DNA of 64,000 bases from an uncultured delta proteobacterium (GCA_963827685.1 CAWHBU010000004.1:192001-256000); one strand, 5' to 3'. Shown: positions 10,276 to 19,472, numbered from the stretch's first letter. Numbers and translations are program-made. The notes: a model not told the origin generated them from the letters alone.

Positions 10276-10297
10276 CCAGTCCCCACCCAGTCCCCAC
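10276..10297 (+). repeat. perfect 11-bp tandem CCAGTCCCCAC x2; probable integrase arm-type sites
   Basis: Seen directly, about 70 bp from the tRNA fragment; related CTTCCCAC/TTCCCCAT repeats occur at 12083-12110. Confidence 0.55.
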
Positions 10298-10377
10298 TTC
10301 TTCAACAATGGTGACAACCTGGACAGCACAGGCAGGATAAAAGGAAGCCTCCGTATTCACAACCACCATCCCCACCC

Positions 10378-11380
10378 TCTCTCCTTCATCGCACGATCGA
10401 CGACTTCTCTCACATGACGTTTTATGACGTTTTCTGTAGGAGCGGAGGGAATCTGGGAGCAAGAGGATCCTGAGGAATGGACGCCTCGGAGTATGTGCGC
10501 AGGGCTTGAAATTCTGCACGTTTTGAGGCGCCAAAGGCACAAACTCCCTCTTCCCCTATCCCTTTACCCCTAACCCGAGAGGACTACCCTTTTGTCGGCC
10601 TCTGTAGCCCCTTCCTGATAGCGTAGGAGGGGGTTTAGACGAGTCCTGACGGTGTGGTCTGGGAATCACCAGGGAGTTACTTCAATCGGTGTGGCCCCCA
10701 ATCTTCCGAAGGCGCTCTTTTACCTGATTTTCGATAGCCTCTGCAACCCAACTTTTATTAACCATCAGATAGTCAAAAGGTGAAGTTTTGTGAATGAGTT
10801 GAGGACTCCGACCTGCCAAAGGTGGGTTTCTTCCTCCCTCTGAATAGCTCCCATCACGAGTGTATTTTTGTGTATAAGATGGTAAGCAATCTCCCTGTCG
10901 GTCTGCACTCCCGCCCTGTGGAGATGGTCCTTCCTCGCTTTCTTAATCGCTTCCGAAACTAAAGTTTTCTTAAGTAGTTGGTTCGCAATAACATCGGCTT
11001 TTACTTCAGTTTTCTTCAGTAGTTCACAGGCAATCTCGGCAGCTATTTGCTTATTTTTACAGCGATAACCAGCACGTATTACAGCTTCGCTTCCATCTGC
11101 TTTTTAATCGCCTCTGAAACCCAACTTTTCCCAACCAGCATCGCCCGATTGACAGCTTCTCTCACTGGAGTTTTATGGAGCAGCTGGTAGGCCATCTCGG
11201 CGGCACGCTGGTCATTTTTGACTCGGAAGCCAGCACGCTTTACGGCCTCGCTTCCAACCCAAGTTTTACCAAGCAGTTGATCCGAGTAGAATAAACTTTT
11301 CTTAACCACTCCCTTACCTGTTTTTTCCCCTGCAAAAAATAATAAAAAGTCTTTCCGAGGGTGGAATTTTATGGAGTTTC
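10378..11380 (-). repeat. array of concatenated phage terminase small-subunit (terS) fragments; putative pac-site array
   Basis: Minus-strand translations repeatedly give the TerS helix-turn-helix segment (AVKRAGF..AAEMAYQLLHKTPVREAV; AVIRAGY..ELLKKTEV; QLLKKTLVSEAIKKA; ENVIKRHVREVVDRAMKER and others), each with a 10-bp-period direct repeat. Confidence 0.8.
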
Positions 11381-11551
11381 TTATTGTTTAACAGAATTTT
11401 GTTTAACAACAATATTCCATCCAGCCCCTATGATCTCCCAAATAAAATCTGTCAGGGTTTCTTTTCTCTTTTGAGCCTCCTCGATGATTCTTTTCTTCGC
11501 GGCGGGAGGGACTCGAATCGCTATTATTTGAGTCCTTCTTTCTCTGCTCAT
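11381..11551 (-). CDS. small ribbon-helix-helix (CopG/Arc-like) DNA-binding protein, 56 aa; absent from the ORF track
   Basis: MSRERRTQIIAIRVPPAAKKRIIEEAQKRKETLTDFIWEIIGAGW...; alternating beta-strand, helix, (T/S)L(T/S)DFI helix pattern; GAGGAGAGGAAGGA RBS. Confidence 0.65.
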   Translation of the reverse strand: MSRERRTQIIAIRVPPAAKKRIIEEAQKRKETLTDFIWEIIGAGWNIVVKQNSVKQ

Positions 11552-11741
11552 TCCTTCCTCTCCTCTTCGCTGAGTCCGCTGTTCGGTGGCTTCTGGATCG
11601 GGGTGGCTTCGAGAATTATCACCGTTTTACCGCCCGCTACCGCCCCCGTTTTCTTAGGCATCAATCCCGGAAGCACCTTAGAATAAAAGTCCAGCCATCC
11701 GCGCCAGTTCTTCGCCGCTCCAAGTCCGGCAGGTGTTTTTT
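11548..11741 (-). pseudogene. 3' part of a decayed phage-like ORF translationally coupled to the RHH gene
   Basis: Open frame ...AAKNWRGWLDFYSKVLPGLMPKKTGAVAGGKTVIILEATPIQKPPNSGLSEEERKE* ends in an ATGA overlap with the RHH start; no start codon in frame. Confidence 0.35.
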
Positions 11742-12205
11742 GTTACCCGTTGGGCTTTCCCGGTTGACGATCGCTCCCAACACCCGTTTGCAATCAAGTG
11801 CAACTTATCCCTCCACCGCCTGCCGGGATCAGACCCTTTGCCTCCCTGTTTCGTATGCCCACTGGGCAAACATCGTTCTTGGTCTACCATCGCCTTTGAA
11901 ATCCGTCACCCATATCGGCCCATATTTTATGCAAAAACTTACGCAAAAACACCCCAATGGGCAACCTCAATCTAATATTCCTCACTTTGTCAGGGGTGGT
12001 TTGACTTATAACCAATTCAGATCCTCTCCGGAAAAACAATGGGAAGGCTCCCCAGGTATTCTATCTGAAGCAGTTGGTCTGCCTTCCCACTTCCCACTAT
12101 TTTTCCCCATTTTAAGTTGCAAAATATGTTATACTGTGATAATTATCATTACAAAATGGGTGAATCGTTTCGCTAACTTATTGAAATTATAAATGGCCGC
12201 CTATT

Positions 12206-12252
12206 GACTTCTAATCCGTGGGTCGGGGGTTCGAATCCCTCCAGGCGCGCCA
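12206..12252 (+). other. 3' fragment of tRNA-Arg(TCT); probable attR of an element integrated at the head of the tRNA cluster
   Basis: GACTTCTAATCC anticodon loop, GGTTCGAATCC and GGCGCGCCA end; 5' half absent; IHF-like TAACTTATTGAAA at 12174-12186. Confidence 0.85.
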
Positions 12253-12359
12253 AGGTGGGTACCAATGCAAACTGCAAAATTAACAATGCAAAATTAGCCG
12301 CGCAGTTCAATTGCTAATTGACCATTGCTAATTGACCAATTTGCAATGATCTTTTCAAT

Positions 12360-12437
12360 GGTGAGTGTAGCTCAGTTGGATAGAGCACTGGGTTGTGGCC
12401 CCAGTGGTCGAGGGTTCGAGTCCCTTCACTCACCCCA
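12360..12437 (+). tRNA. tRNA-His(GTG)
   Basis: Cloverleaf, encoded G-1, anticodon GTG, CCA end. Confidence 0.95.
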
Positions 12438-12439
12438 AA

Positions 12440-12516
12440 GCGCCCGTAGCTCAGTTGGATAGAGCGTCGGACTTCGAATCCGCAGGTCGTCCGTTCGAGC
12501 CGGACCGGGCGCGCCA
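12440..12516 (+). tRNA. tRNA-Arg(TCG)
   Basis: GCGCCCG/CGGGCGC acceptor stem, anticodon TCG, CCA end. Confidence 0.95.
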
Positions 12517-12648
12517 CCCATAAGAAACAAATGCAAATTATAAAATTAACAATGCAAAGTTAGCAGTACTGCTGAATCATGTTGAGTCGTTCAATTGCTA
12601 ATTGAGCATTGTTAATTGACCATTTTGCAATGATCTTTTTGGCGAAAA

Positions 12649-12724
12649 GAGCCGTTAGCTCAATAGGTAGAGCAACTGACTCTTAATCAGTAGGTTACAG
12701 GTTCGATTCCTGTACGGCTCACCA
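12649..12724 (+). tRNA. tRNA-Lys(CTT)
   Basis: GAGCCGT/ACGGCTC acceptor stem, anticodon CTT, CCA end. Confidence 0.95.
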
Positions 12725-12772
12725 TTTTTTAACAATTTTATCTTTTGTGCTTTTTGCAGGCGCGGATTTTTT

Positions 12773-12859
12773 GCCGGGGTGGCGAAATTGGAATACGCGC
12801 GAGACTTAGGATCTCGTGGTCGAGAGACTGTGCGGGTTCGAGTCCCGCCCTCGGCACCA
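12773..12859 (+). tRNA. tRNA-Leu(TAG)
   Basis: Long variable arm, anticodon TAG, CCA end. Confidence 0.95.
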
Positions 12860-13015
12860 TAATAAAAAGGAAATTCTAAATTCGAAGTGCGAAATCCGAA
12901 TTTCCACGAGAGCGTGAGTCGTAAGTGGTTTACCCCTCACCCTTCACGCGTTAGCCCTTACGTGTCAAGATTTCGATATTCGGATTTTGGGTTTCTAAAT
13001 TTAGAGGGATATTTC

Positions 13016-14296
13016 ATGAAAACCAGTATTGAGGAGATCAGTTCGATCAAGAAAAAGGTATCCGTAGAAATTCCAGAAGACCAGGTTGCCAAAGAGGTTG
13101 ATTCCACCTATAAAGATTTGGGGAAAAAGGCAAAGATCAAAGGGTTTCGGCCTGGAAAGGTTCCGAGGAACATCTTGGAGAGATATTTCAAAGATTATGT
13201 CAAAGCAGAAGTCATCCAGAAACTGATTGAGGAGTCTTATCCAAAAGCTCTCTCGGAGACTGATCTTCAACCCGTCTCTCCACCTGTTATTGATCCTGGA
13301 GAATTCGAGGGTGGCAAGCCGTTTCAATATTCTGCTTTGATTGAAGTCAAACCTGATATCAAATTGGAAGGGTATACAGGATTGAAGATCGAAGGGAAAA
13401 AAGAGGAGGTGAAAGACGTAGACGTAGAGGAGCGGTTGAAAGCCCTCCAAAACCTTCATGCCAATTTAAAAACCATTTCAGAGGCCAGACCCATCCAGGC
13501 TGGGGATTATGTCATCATCGACTATGAGGCGAGCATGGGTGGTAACCCTTTGGAGGGAGGGAAGGCAATCGATTTTACGGTGGAGGTGGGAAGTGGACAG
13601 TTCATTCCGACCTTCGAGGAGAAGTTGATGGGGTTGAAGCCGGAAGAGGAAAGAGAAATTGAGGTTTCTTTTCCTGAGGATTATGGATATCAGAAGTGGG
13701 CAGGGAAGACCATTTCATTTCACGTTAAGATTAAAGAGATTAAGGAGAAGATTCTTCCCCCTCTCGATGATGAATTTGCGAAGGACTTGGGTGATTATTC
13801 ATCCCTCGAAGAATTAAGAGCCAAATTAAAAGGGGAGATCGAAAAGGAGAAGGAACTGGCATTGGAACGACATTTAAAAGATCGGGTGATGGATCAATTG
13901 CTTGAAGCAAACCCCTTCGAGGTTCCCGAAAGTTTGGTGGAGGAGCAAGCCAAAATCCTAGTCTCGGACACAAAGTTAAGACTGGCTGCCCAGGGGGTTG
14001 ATCTCAAAAATTTGGGGATCTCAGAGGAGAAACTCCAAGGGGATTATCGGGCCATGGCCCAGAAGCAGGTCAAGACTTTTCTAATTCTTGAAAGGATTGC
14101 AGGTCAGGAAGGGATTCTGGTCACCGATGAAGAAGCAGAGGATCGTCTCAAAGAGATGGCAGAGAGGATGCATCAAGAATTCGATGTGGTGAAGCGATAT
14201 TACGAGAAAAATGGTCTCCTCCCCGAAGTGAAGGCCGGGATCATCCGGGATAAGACATTGACTTTTTTGCTTGAAAAAGCAAACATCTCTACCTGA
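13016..14296 (+). CDS. tig: trigger factor
   Basis: [10 protein letters not shown] ribosome-binding motif and FKBP domain; lies upstream of clpP-clpX. Confidence 0.97.
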   Translation: MKTSIEEISSIKKKVSVEIPEDQVAKEVDSTYKDLGKKAKIKGFRPGKVPRNILERYFKDYVKAEVIQKLIEESYPKALSETDLQPVSPPVIDPGEFEGGKPFQYSALIEVKPDIKLEGYTGLKIEGKKEEVKDVDVEERLKALQNLHANLKTISEARPIQAGDYVIIDYEASMGGNPLEGGKAIDFTVEVGSGQFIPTFEEKLMGLKPEEEREIEVSFPEDYGYQKWAGKTISFHVKIKEIKEKILPPLDDEFAKDLGDYSSLEELRAKLKGEIEKEKELALERHLKDRVMDQLLEANPFEVPESLVEEQAKILVSDTKLRLAAQGVDLKNLGISEEKLQGDYRAMAQKQVKTFLILERIAGQEGILVTDEEAEDRLKEMAERMHQEFDVVKRYYEKNGLLPEVKAGIIRDKTLTFLLEKANIST

Positions 14297-14330
14297 CGGT
14301 AGACAGGAACTATGCTTGTGGGAGAAAACG

Positions 14331-14930
14331 ATGACACTGATACCGATTGTAATTGAAAAGGATGGGAGGGGCGAACGGGCCTATGATATCTATTCGCGTC
14401 TCTTAAAGGAGCGAATCATCTTTGTTGGGACAGCGATTGATGATGATGTGGCCAATCTGGTGATCGCCCAGATGCTTTTTCTGGAATCGGAGGATCCTGA
14501 CAAGGATGTCCACGTCTATATCAATTCTCCCGGAGGAGTTGTGACCTCTGGGCTTGCTATTTATGATACGATGCAATATATTCGACCCAAGGTTTCCACA
14601 TTATGTATGGGACAGGCCGCTAGCATTGCGGCTCTGCTTCTGGCAGCTGGGGAGAAGGGAAAACGATATGCCCTTCCCCATTCGAGGATCCTGATCCATC
14701 AACCCATGGGAGGTTTTCAAGGGCAGGCCTCGGATGTGGATATCCAAGCGAGGGAGATCCTGCGGCTTCGAGAAGAGCTGAATCGGATCATGGTCAAACA
14801 CACTTCTCAACCTGTGGAACGGATCCAGGCGGATACGGATCGAGATTTTTATATGACTGGCCATCAGGCGAAGGAATACGGTATTGTTGATGAAGTGGTC
14901 ATCCAGCGTCCCGTCCGATCTGTAGGGTAG
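14331..14930 (+). CDS. clpP: ATP-dependent Clp protease proteolytic subunit
   Basis: [27 protein letters not shown]. Confidence 0.98.
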   Translation: MTLIPIVIEKDGRGERAYDIYSRLLKERIIFVGTAIDDDVANLVIAQMLFLESEDPDKDVHVYINSPGGVVTSGLAIYDTMQYIRPKVSTLCMGQAASIAALLLAAGEKGKRYALPHSRILIHQPMGGFQGQASDVDIQAREILRLREELNRIMVKHTSQPVERIQADTDRDFYMTGHQAKEYGIVDEVVIQRPVRSVG

Positions 14931-14957
14931 TCCTCAGGGGGGGGCAGAAAGGAGAAG

Positions 14958-16211
14958 ATGATGAAGGCGAATGGAGGGAATTATGGGACCGTCTTACATT
15001 GTTCTTTCTGTGGGAAGAGTCAGGATGAAGTAAGAAAGCTCATTGCCGGCCCCACGGTCTACATCTGTGATGAATGTATCGAGCTTTGTAATGAGATCAT
15101 TGCGGAAGAGGCCGAGGAACGGTTTGTTCCGGGAAGACTGACCGTTCCCAAACCTATGGAGATAAAGGCCAAATTGGATGAATATGTCATCGGACAGGAG
15201 AATGCTAAGAAGATCTTATCGGTAGCGGTCCACAATCACTATAAGCGGATTGATTCTCGGGTTGCGTCAGGAGATGTGGAGCTCCAGAAATCGAATATCA
15301 TTCTCATTGGGCCCACCGGGTCTGGGAAAACCCTCCTTGCCCAGACGCTGGCCCGTATCCTCGATGTTCCCTTCACGATTGCTGATGCGACCTGTCTGAC
15401 CGAAGCAGGGTATGTGGGTGAGGATGTGGAGAATATCATTCTGAGTCTTCTTCAGTCGGCCGATTACGATATCGAACGGACTCAGAAGGGAATCGTCTAT
15501 ATTGATGAGATCGATAAGATCTCGAGGAAATCGGATAGTCCTTCCATCACACGAGATGTTTCAGGCGAGGGGGTGCAACAGGCCCTCCTGAAAATCATCG
15601 AAGGGACCGTTGCGAGTGTCCCACCGAAGGGAGGTCGCAAACACCCTCAGCAGGAATTTATCCAAATCGACACGACCAACATTCTCTTCATCTGCGGCGG
15701 GGCCTTTGTCGGGCTGGAAAAATTAGTTGAACAAAGAGTAGGAGGAAAGACGCTTGGGTTTGGAGCAGATATCAAAAGCCAGTATGAGCGAGACATGGGA
15801 GAATTGCTGAGAGAGGTTCAACCCGAAGATCTTTTGAAGTTTGGATTAATTCCAGAGTTCATCGGAAGACTTCCCCTGATTGCTACCCTGGATGAGCTCA
15901 GCATCGATGCCCTGATGGATATTCTGAAAAAACCGAAGAATGCGTTGGTAAAACAGTATCAGAAACTCTTCGAATTTGAAAATGTGAAACTTCGATTTAC
16001 CGAAGGAGCTTTGATGGCCATTGGGAAGGAGGCCGTCAAGCGAAAATCCGGAGCCCGGGGTCTTCGTGCAATCATGGAGAACACCATGTTGGATGTGATG
16101 TATGAGATTCCTTCCCAGTCCAACATTCGTGAATGTATTATCAGTGAAGAGGTGGTTCTCCGTCACGAAAGCCCGATCCTCCTTTATGAGAAAGAGGTCG
16201 AGGTTGCTTGA
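14958..16211 (+). CDS. clpX: ATP-dependent Clp protease ATP-binding subunit
   Basis: CSFCGK..CDEC zinc domain, [17 protein letters not shown] loop. Confidence 0.98.
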   Translation: MMKANGGNYGTVLHCSFCGKSQDEVRKLIAGPTVYICDECIELCNEIIAEEAEERFVPGRLTVPKPMEIKAKLDEYVIGQENAKKILSVAVHNHYKRIDSRVASGDVELQKSNIILIGPTGSGKTLLAQTLARILDVPFTIADATCLTEAGYVGEDVENIILSLLQSADYDIERTQKGIVYIDEIDKISRKSDSPSITRDVSGEGVQQALLKIIEGTVASVPPKGGRKHPQQEFIQIDTTNILFICGGAFVGLEKLVEQRVGGKTLGFGADIKSQYERDMGELLREVQPEDLLKFGLIPEFIGRLPLIATLDELSIDALMDILKKPKNALVKQYQKLFEFENVKLRFTEGALMAIGKEAVKRKSGARGLRAIMENTMLDVMYEIPSQSNIRECIISEEVVLRHESPILLYEKEVEVA

Positions 16212-16360
16212 ACCTGACTTATTCGACGGCGCTAAGGGTTCGCCTTTGAAGGCGGGGTAAAGAACCGCCACTTCCTTGGCAAGCTTAGGGCACGGAGTCT
16301 ATCGAAGTGCAGGGTCAACCCTCAGCAACCCCGGGTCTTTAGGCTGGGAAGTCGAAGAGG

Positions 16361-16389
16361 TTGACATTGGAGGACCGGTTCCATAGAAT
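16361..16389 (+). promoter_or_regulatory. sigma70 promoter of tRNA-Val/Asp
   Basis: TTGACA-N17-TAGAAT. Confidence 0.75.
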
Positions 16390-16404
16390 TGACTTTGCAG
16401 GGGA

Positions 16405-16480
16405 GGGCGGATAGCTCAGTTGGGAGAGCGCCGGCCTTACAAGCCGGAGGTCGCAGGTTCAATCCCTGTTCCGCCTACCA
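16405..16480 (+). tRNA. tRNA-Val(TAC)
   Basis: Cloverleaf, anticodon TAC, CCA end. Confidence 0.95.
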
Positions 16481-16558
16481 ATCAAATTGGGATGGCGGAA
16501 TGCGGATTGCGGAATTTGAATCTAAAATCTACAATTTGAAATCTGAAATGATTTAATC

Positions 16559-16635
16559 GGGGGCGTAGTTCAGCTGGTTAGAACGCCGGCCTGTCACGCC
16601 GGAGGTCGCGAGTTCGATCCTCGTCGCTCCCGCCA
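16559..16635 (+). tRNA. tRNA-Asp(GTC)
   Basis: Cloverleaf, anticodon GTC, CCA end. Confidence 0.95.
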
Positions 16636-16640
16636 GAATG

Positions 16641-16678
16641 AAAAGGGATTAGCTAAAAAGCCAATCCCTTTTTTGTTT
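16641..16678 (+). terminator. intrinsic terminator after tRNA-Asp
   Basis: AAAAGGGATT.GC-loop-GC.AATCCCTTTT hairpin followed by a T-tract. Confidence 0.7.
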
Positions 16679-16779
16679 GAATCCTGAAAAATTAAGATGA
16701 GGGATAGGGGGAAACAAGAACTTGACAAAGTAAAGGAGAGGGGTTGATTTGGCCTGGGAAATCATATAAATTACCATCC

Positions 16780-18918
16780 ATGGAGAAAGTGTCTTTCCTT
16801 TTTTGTGTCCATAATCATCAGCCCGTTGGAAATTTCCTACATGTCTTAGAAAATGCTTACGAGAAGGCTTACCTTCCCTTCATTGAAGTCCTCAAGAAAT
16901 ATCCATTTATGAGGATCTCCATTCATTATACCGGGGTCCTCTGGGATTTTATTAAAGGTCATCATCCAGAATTTTTAGATACGCTAAGAGAGTTGGTCAA
17001 GAAAGGGCAACTGGAGATGATGACCGGTGGGTATTATGAACCGATTCTGGCGGTCATCCCCAACTCTGACAAAGTTGGACAGATCAAGAGGCTGACCCAA
17101 ACCATTGAGGAAGAAATGGGAGTAACCCCGTATGGGATGTGGCTGGCAGAAAGGGTCTGGGAACCGCATCTCCCAAAGTATCTAGTGGAAGCCGGTGTAG
17201 AATATGTTACCATCGATGACTATCATTTCAAGAAATCCGGGTTGAGGGAAGAGGATTTGTATGGCTATTATCTAACAGAGGAGGAGGGGAAGGTTGTAAA
17301 AGCATTTCCAGGAAGCGAAACCTTGCGGCACATCATCCCCTTTCGTCCTCCGGAAGAAACCTTGGAATATCTCTCTCGGCTTCGAGGATCTTCCTGCGCA
17401 GCCATTTTTGCCGATGATGGCGAGAAATTTGGGATCTGGCCCGGTACCTACCATTCGGTCTACGAAGAGGGTTGGTTAGAACGTTTCTTCGAATTGATTG
17501 GAAAAAATTTGGACTGGATCGAACCCATGCCCCTTGGAACCTATGCCAATCGTGAGAAGCCACTCGGGAGAATCTATCTCTCCTGTTCCTCTTATATGGA
17601 AATGGATGAATGGAGTCTTCCCACAGAGGCGATGGCGGAATATGGAAAGGTTGTTGAGAGACTGAAGGAGTTGCCGGAAGGGGAGAGGATCAGAAGATTT
17701 ATCAAAGGCGGATTTTGGAGGAACTTCTTCGCCAAATATCCTGAATCGAACGACCTCCATAAAAGGGTCCTCCATCTTCGAGAAAAGATAGGAATTGCAG
17801 AAAAGAAGTCTGTTCCCAAAGACCAGGACCCTCTTCTCTATCTTTATCAAGCCCAGTGCAACGATGCCTACTGGCATGGAGTTTTTGGGGGACTCTATCT
17901 TCCTCACCTTCGCCACGCCATTTATGAAAACCTGATCAAGGCAGAAGCCCTTTATGATCGGAAAACACATCGGGAGAAAGAATGGAATGAACTGGAGAGA
18001 TTGGATCTCAATGGGGATGGAGAGGAGGAAGTCATTCTAAAGAACCCGGAGACGGTTCTCCTTTTTAGTAGCCGGGGGGGAAGCCTCTTGGAAATGGATG
18101 ATCGGTCAAAAGCATTCAATATCCTTGGGACCCTTACTCGAAGGAAAGAGGGCTATCATCACAACTTATTGGAATCCCGGGAACAGGCATCGAGGGATGA
18201 GGCACCGGCAGCTAAAACGAGGACCATCCATGAGATCTTTGATTCGAAGGAGAAGGGTTTAGATCAATATCTCCATTTCGATGGATATCGAAGGGCCTCC
18301 TTCTTGGATCATTTCATCGCCGAACCGATGGATTTCGAATCATTTCGAAGATGCCAATATCAGGAGGAAGGGGATTTTATTAAGGAGCCCTACGAGATTG
18401 AGGTGGAGAGAAAGGGAAAGTATCAGGAGGTCTTTTTTTCTCGATCGGGGAGCCTTTTTAGGAATGGAAAAAGGGATCCGATTAAGATAGAGAAAAGCTT
18501 CTCCATTCCACCCCATCAGAAGGTGGTAAAAGCATCCTATCAAATCGCTTACGAAGGGGAGAAGAGGAAAACGAACTTCGGTATCGAATTGAATATCAAT
18601 CTCTTGGCCGGAGATGCTCCGGATCGTTATTACGACATACCAGGACATCTCCTGGAAGATCGAAAACTTGCAAGCGTAGGTGTGATAAAAGATGTTTCAG
18701 AGATTCAGTTGGTCGACGAATGGGTGGGGATGAAGGTTGTCCTGAAGATGGACAGGAACTGTAATCTCTGGCGTTTTCCCATTGAGACCGTTTCGCTTTC
18801 AGAGAGCGGGTTCGAAAAGATTTTTCAAGGTTCATGTCTACTTCTTTACTGGTCGTTGGACTTAGGGCCTGATAAGGGTTTTGAGGTGAGCGTGGAATTG
18901 GGGATTCAATCCCTGTGA
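16780..18918 (+). CDS. GH57 alpha-amylase / 4-alpha-glucanotransferase (DUF1926 domains)
   Basis: HNHQP, GMWLAERVW, ADDGEKFG, QCNDAYWHGVFGGLY, SLSESGFE. Confidence 0.93.
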   Translation: MEKVSFLFCVHNHQPVGNFLHVLENAYEKAYLPFIEVLKKYPFMRISIHYTGVLWDFIKGHHPEFLDTLRELVKKGQLEMMTGGYYEPILAVIPNSDKVGQIKRLTQTIEEEMGVTPYGMWLAERVWEPHLPKYLVEAGVEYVTIDDYHFKKSGLREEDLYGYYLTEEEGKVVKAFPGSETLRHIIPFRPPEETLEYLSRLRGSSCAAIFADDGEKFGIWPGTYHSVYEEGWLERFFELIGKNLDWIEPMPLGTYANREKPLGRIYLSCSSYMEMDEWSLPTEAMAEYGKVVERLKELPEGERIRRFIKGGFWRNFFAKYPESNDLHKRVLHLREKIGIAEKKSVPKDQDPLLYLYQAQCNDAYWHGVFGGLYLPHLRHAIYENLIKAEALYDRKTHREKEWNELERLDLNGDGEEEVILKNPETVLLFSSRGGSLLEMDDRSKAFNILGTLTRRKEGYHHNLLESREQASRDEAPAAKTRTIHEIFDSKEKGLDQYLHFDGYRRASFLDHFIAEPMDFESFRRCQYQEEGDFIKEPYEIEVERKGKYQEVFFSRSGSLFRNGKRDPIKIEKSFSIPPHQKVVKASYQIAYEGEKRKTNFGIELNINLLAGDAPDRYYDIPGHLLEDRKLASVGVIKDVSEIQLVDEWVGMKVVLKMDRNCNLWRFPIETVSLSESGFEKIFQGSCLLLYWSLDLGPDKGFEVSVELGIQSL

Positions 18919-18998
18919 GAGAGGCAAGCGAATCATATTCGATTCATTCGTTATCATTCGGTCCATTCGTTAATCAATTTAGATGAGGAGGAGATGAG

Positions 18999-19340
18999 AT
19001 GGAAAAGAAAGAGAAGCCCTTAGAGAAGATGACCGCCAAGGAACTGAGGGAGACGGCCCTTGGGTTGCCTGGAATCCATGGCGTTCACGCGATGAAAAAA
19101 GAGGAGTTGATCACAGCCATTCGTGCAGCCAAAGGCATTACCGAGCCGGAACCAAAGAAAGAAAAGAAGATTGTTGCTAAGAAAGAGAAAGTGGTTCTAA
19201 CCGTGGCCCAATTGAAACAGAAGGTAAAAGAACTGAGAGTCAAAAGAGAGGAACTTCTCCAGCAGAGAAATCTGAAGATGGCTGAGATTTTGAGAAAACG
19301 AATCAGTCGACTAAAGAAGCAGACCCGGCGAGCCGCCTAA
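18999..19340 (+). CDS. Rho termination factor N-terminal-domain-like small basic protein
   Basis: LEKMTAKELRE.A...GVHAMKKEELITAI pattern. Confidence 0.75.
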   Translation: MEKKEKPLEKMTAKELRETALGLPGIHGVHAMKKEELITAIRAAKGITEPEPKKEKKIVAKKEKVVLTVAQLKQKVKELRVKREELLQQRNLKMAEILRKRISRLKKQTRRAA

Positions 19341-19472
19341 TGGATAGTAACCAGTTCGGAGTAATTAGTTTGGAGTTGGGAGAAAATCACTTAGCATTAA
19401 GAGTTTTAGAATTCTAAAATCTTAAAACACTCCGAACTCAAAACTCCGAACTCCCAACTCGTTTCAAAAGCG

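Larger units (their letters stand above)
12263..12640. repeat. two copies of an imperfect palindromic spacer element (about 12263-12356 and 12528-12640)
   Basis: Both contain AATGCAAA..AAAATTAACAATGCAAA ... GTTCAATTGCTAATTGA..ATTG.TAATTGACCA..TTTGCAATGATCTTTT. Confidence 0.75.

Noticed and set aside
11079-11309. 76-aa ORF as an intact terminase small subunit gene
   Set aside because: It is an in-frame join of several overlapping fragments of the same TerS segment and lacks the TerS N-terminus and oligomerisation region
10378-11380. CRISPR array
   Set aside because: No constant repeat separates the units, unit lengths vary widely, and no cas genes are in the window
11384-12192. Plus-strand ORFs 11384-11686, 11733-11975 and 11740-12192
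   Set aside because: No recognisable motifs or RBS; the coding signal here is on the minus strand
12206-12252. Intact tRNA-Arg(TCT)
   Set aside because: No D-arm or 5' acceptor strand upstream
12314-12517. 67-aa minus-strand ORF
   Set aside because: Antisense shadow of tRNA-His and tRNA-Arg
12887-13015. N-terminal extension of trigger factor
   Set aside because: Runs through a palindromic repeat; the RBS and typical tig start are at 13016
16210-16366. Structured ncRNA between clpX and tRNA-Val
   Set aside because: Looks like a degenerate TTCGAC...GTCGAA palindromic repeat whose end coincides with the -35 box; no recognisable RNA family
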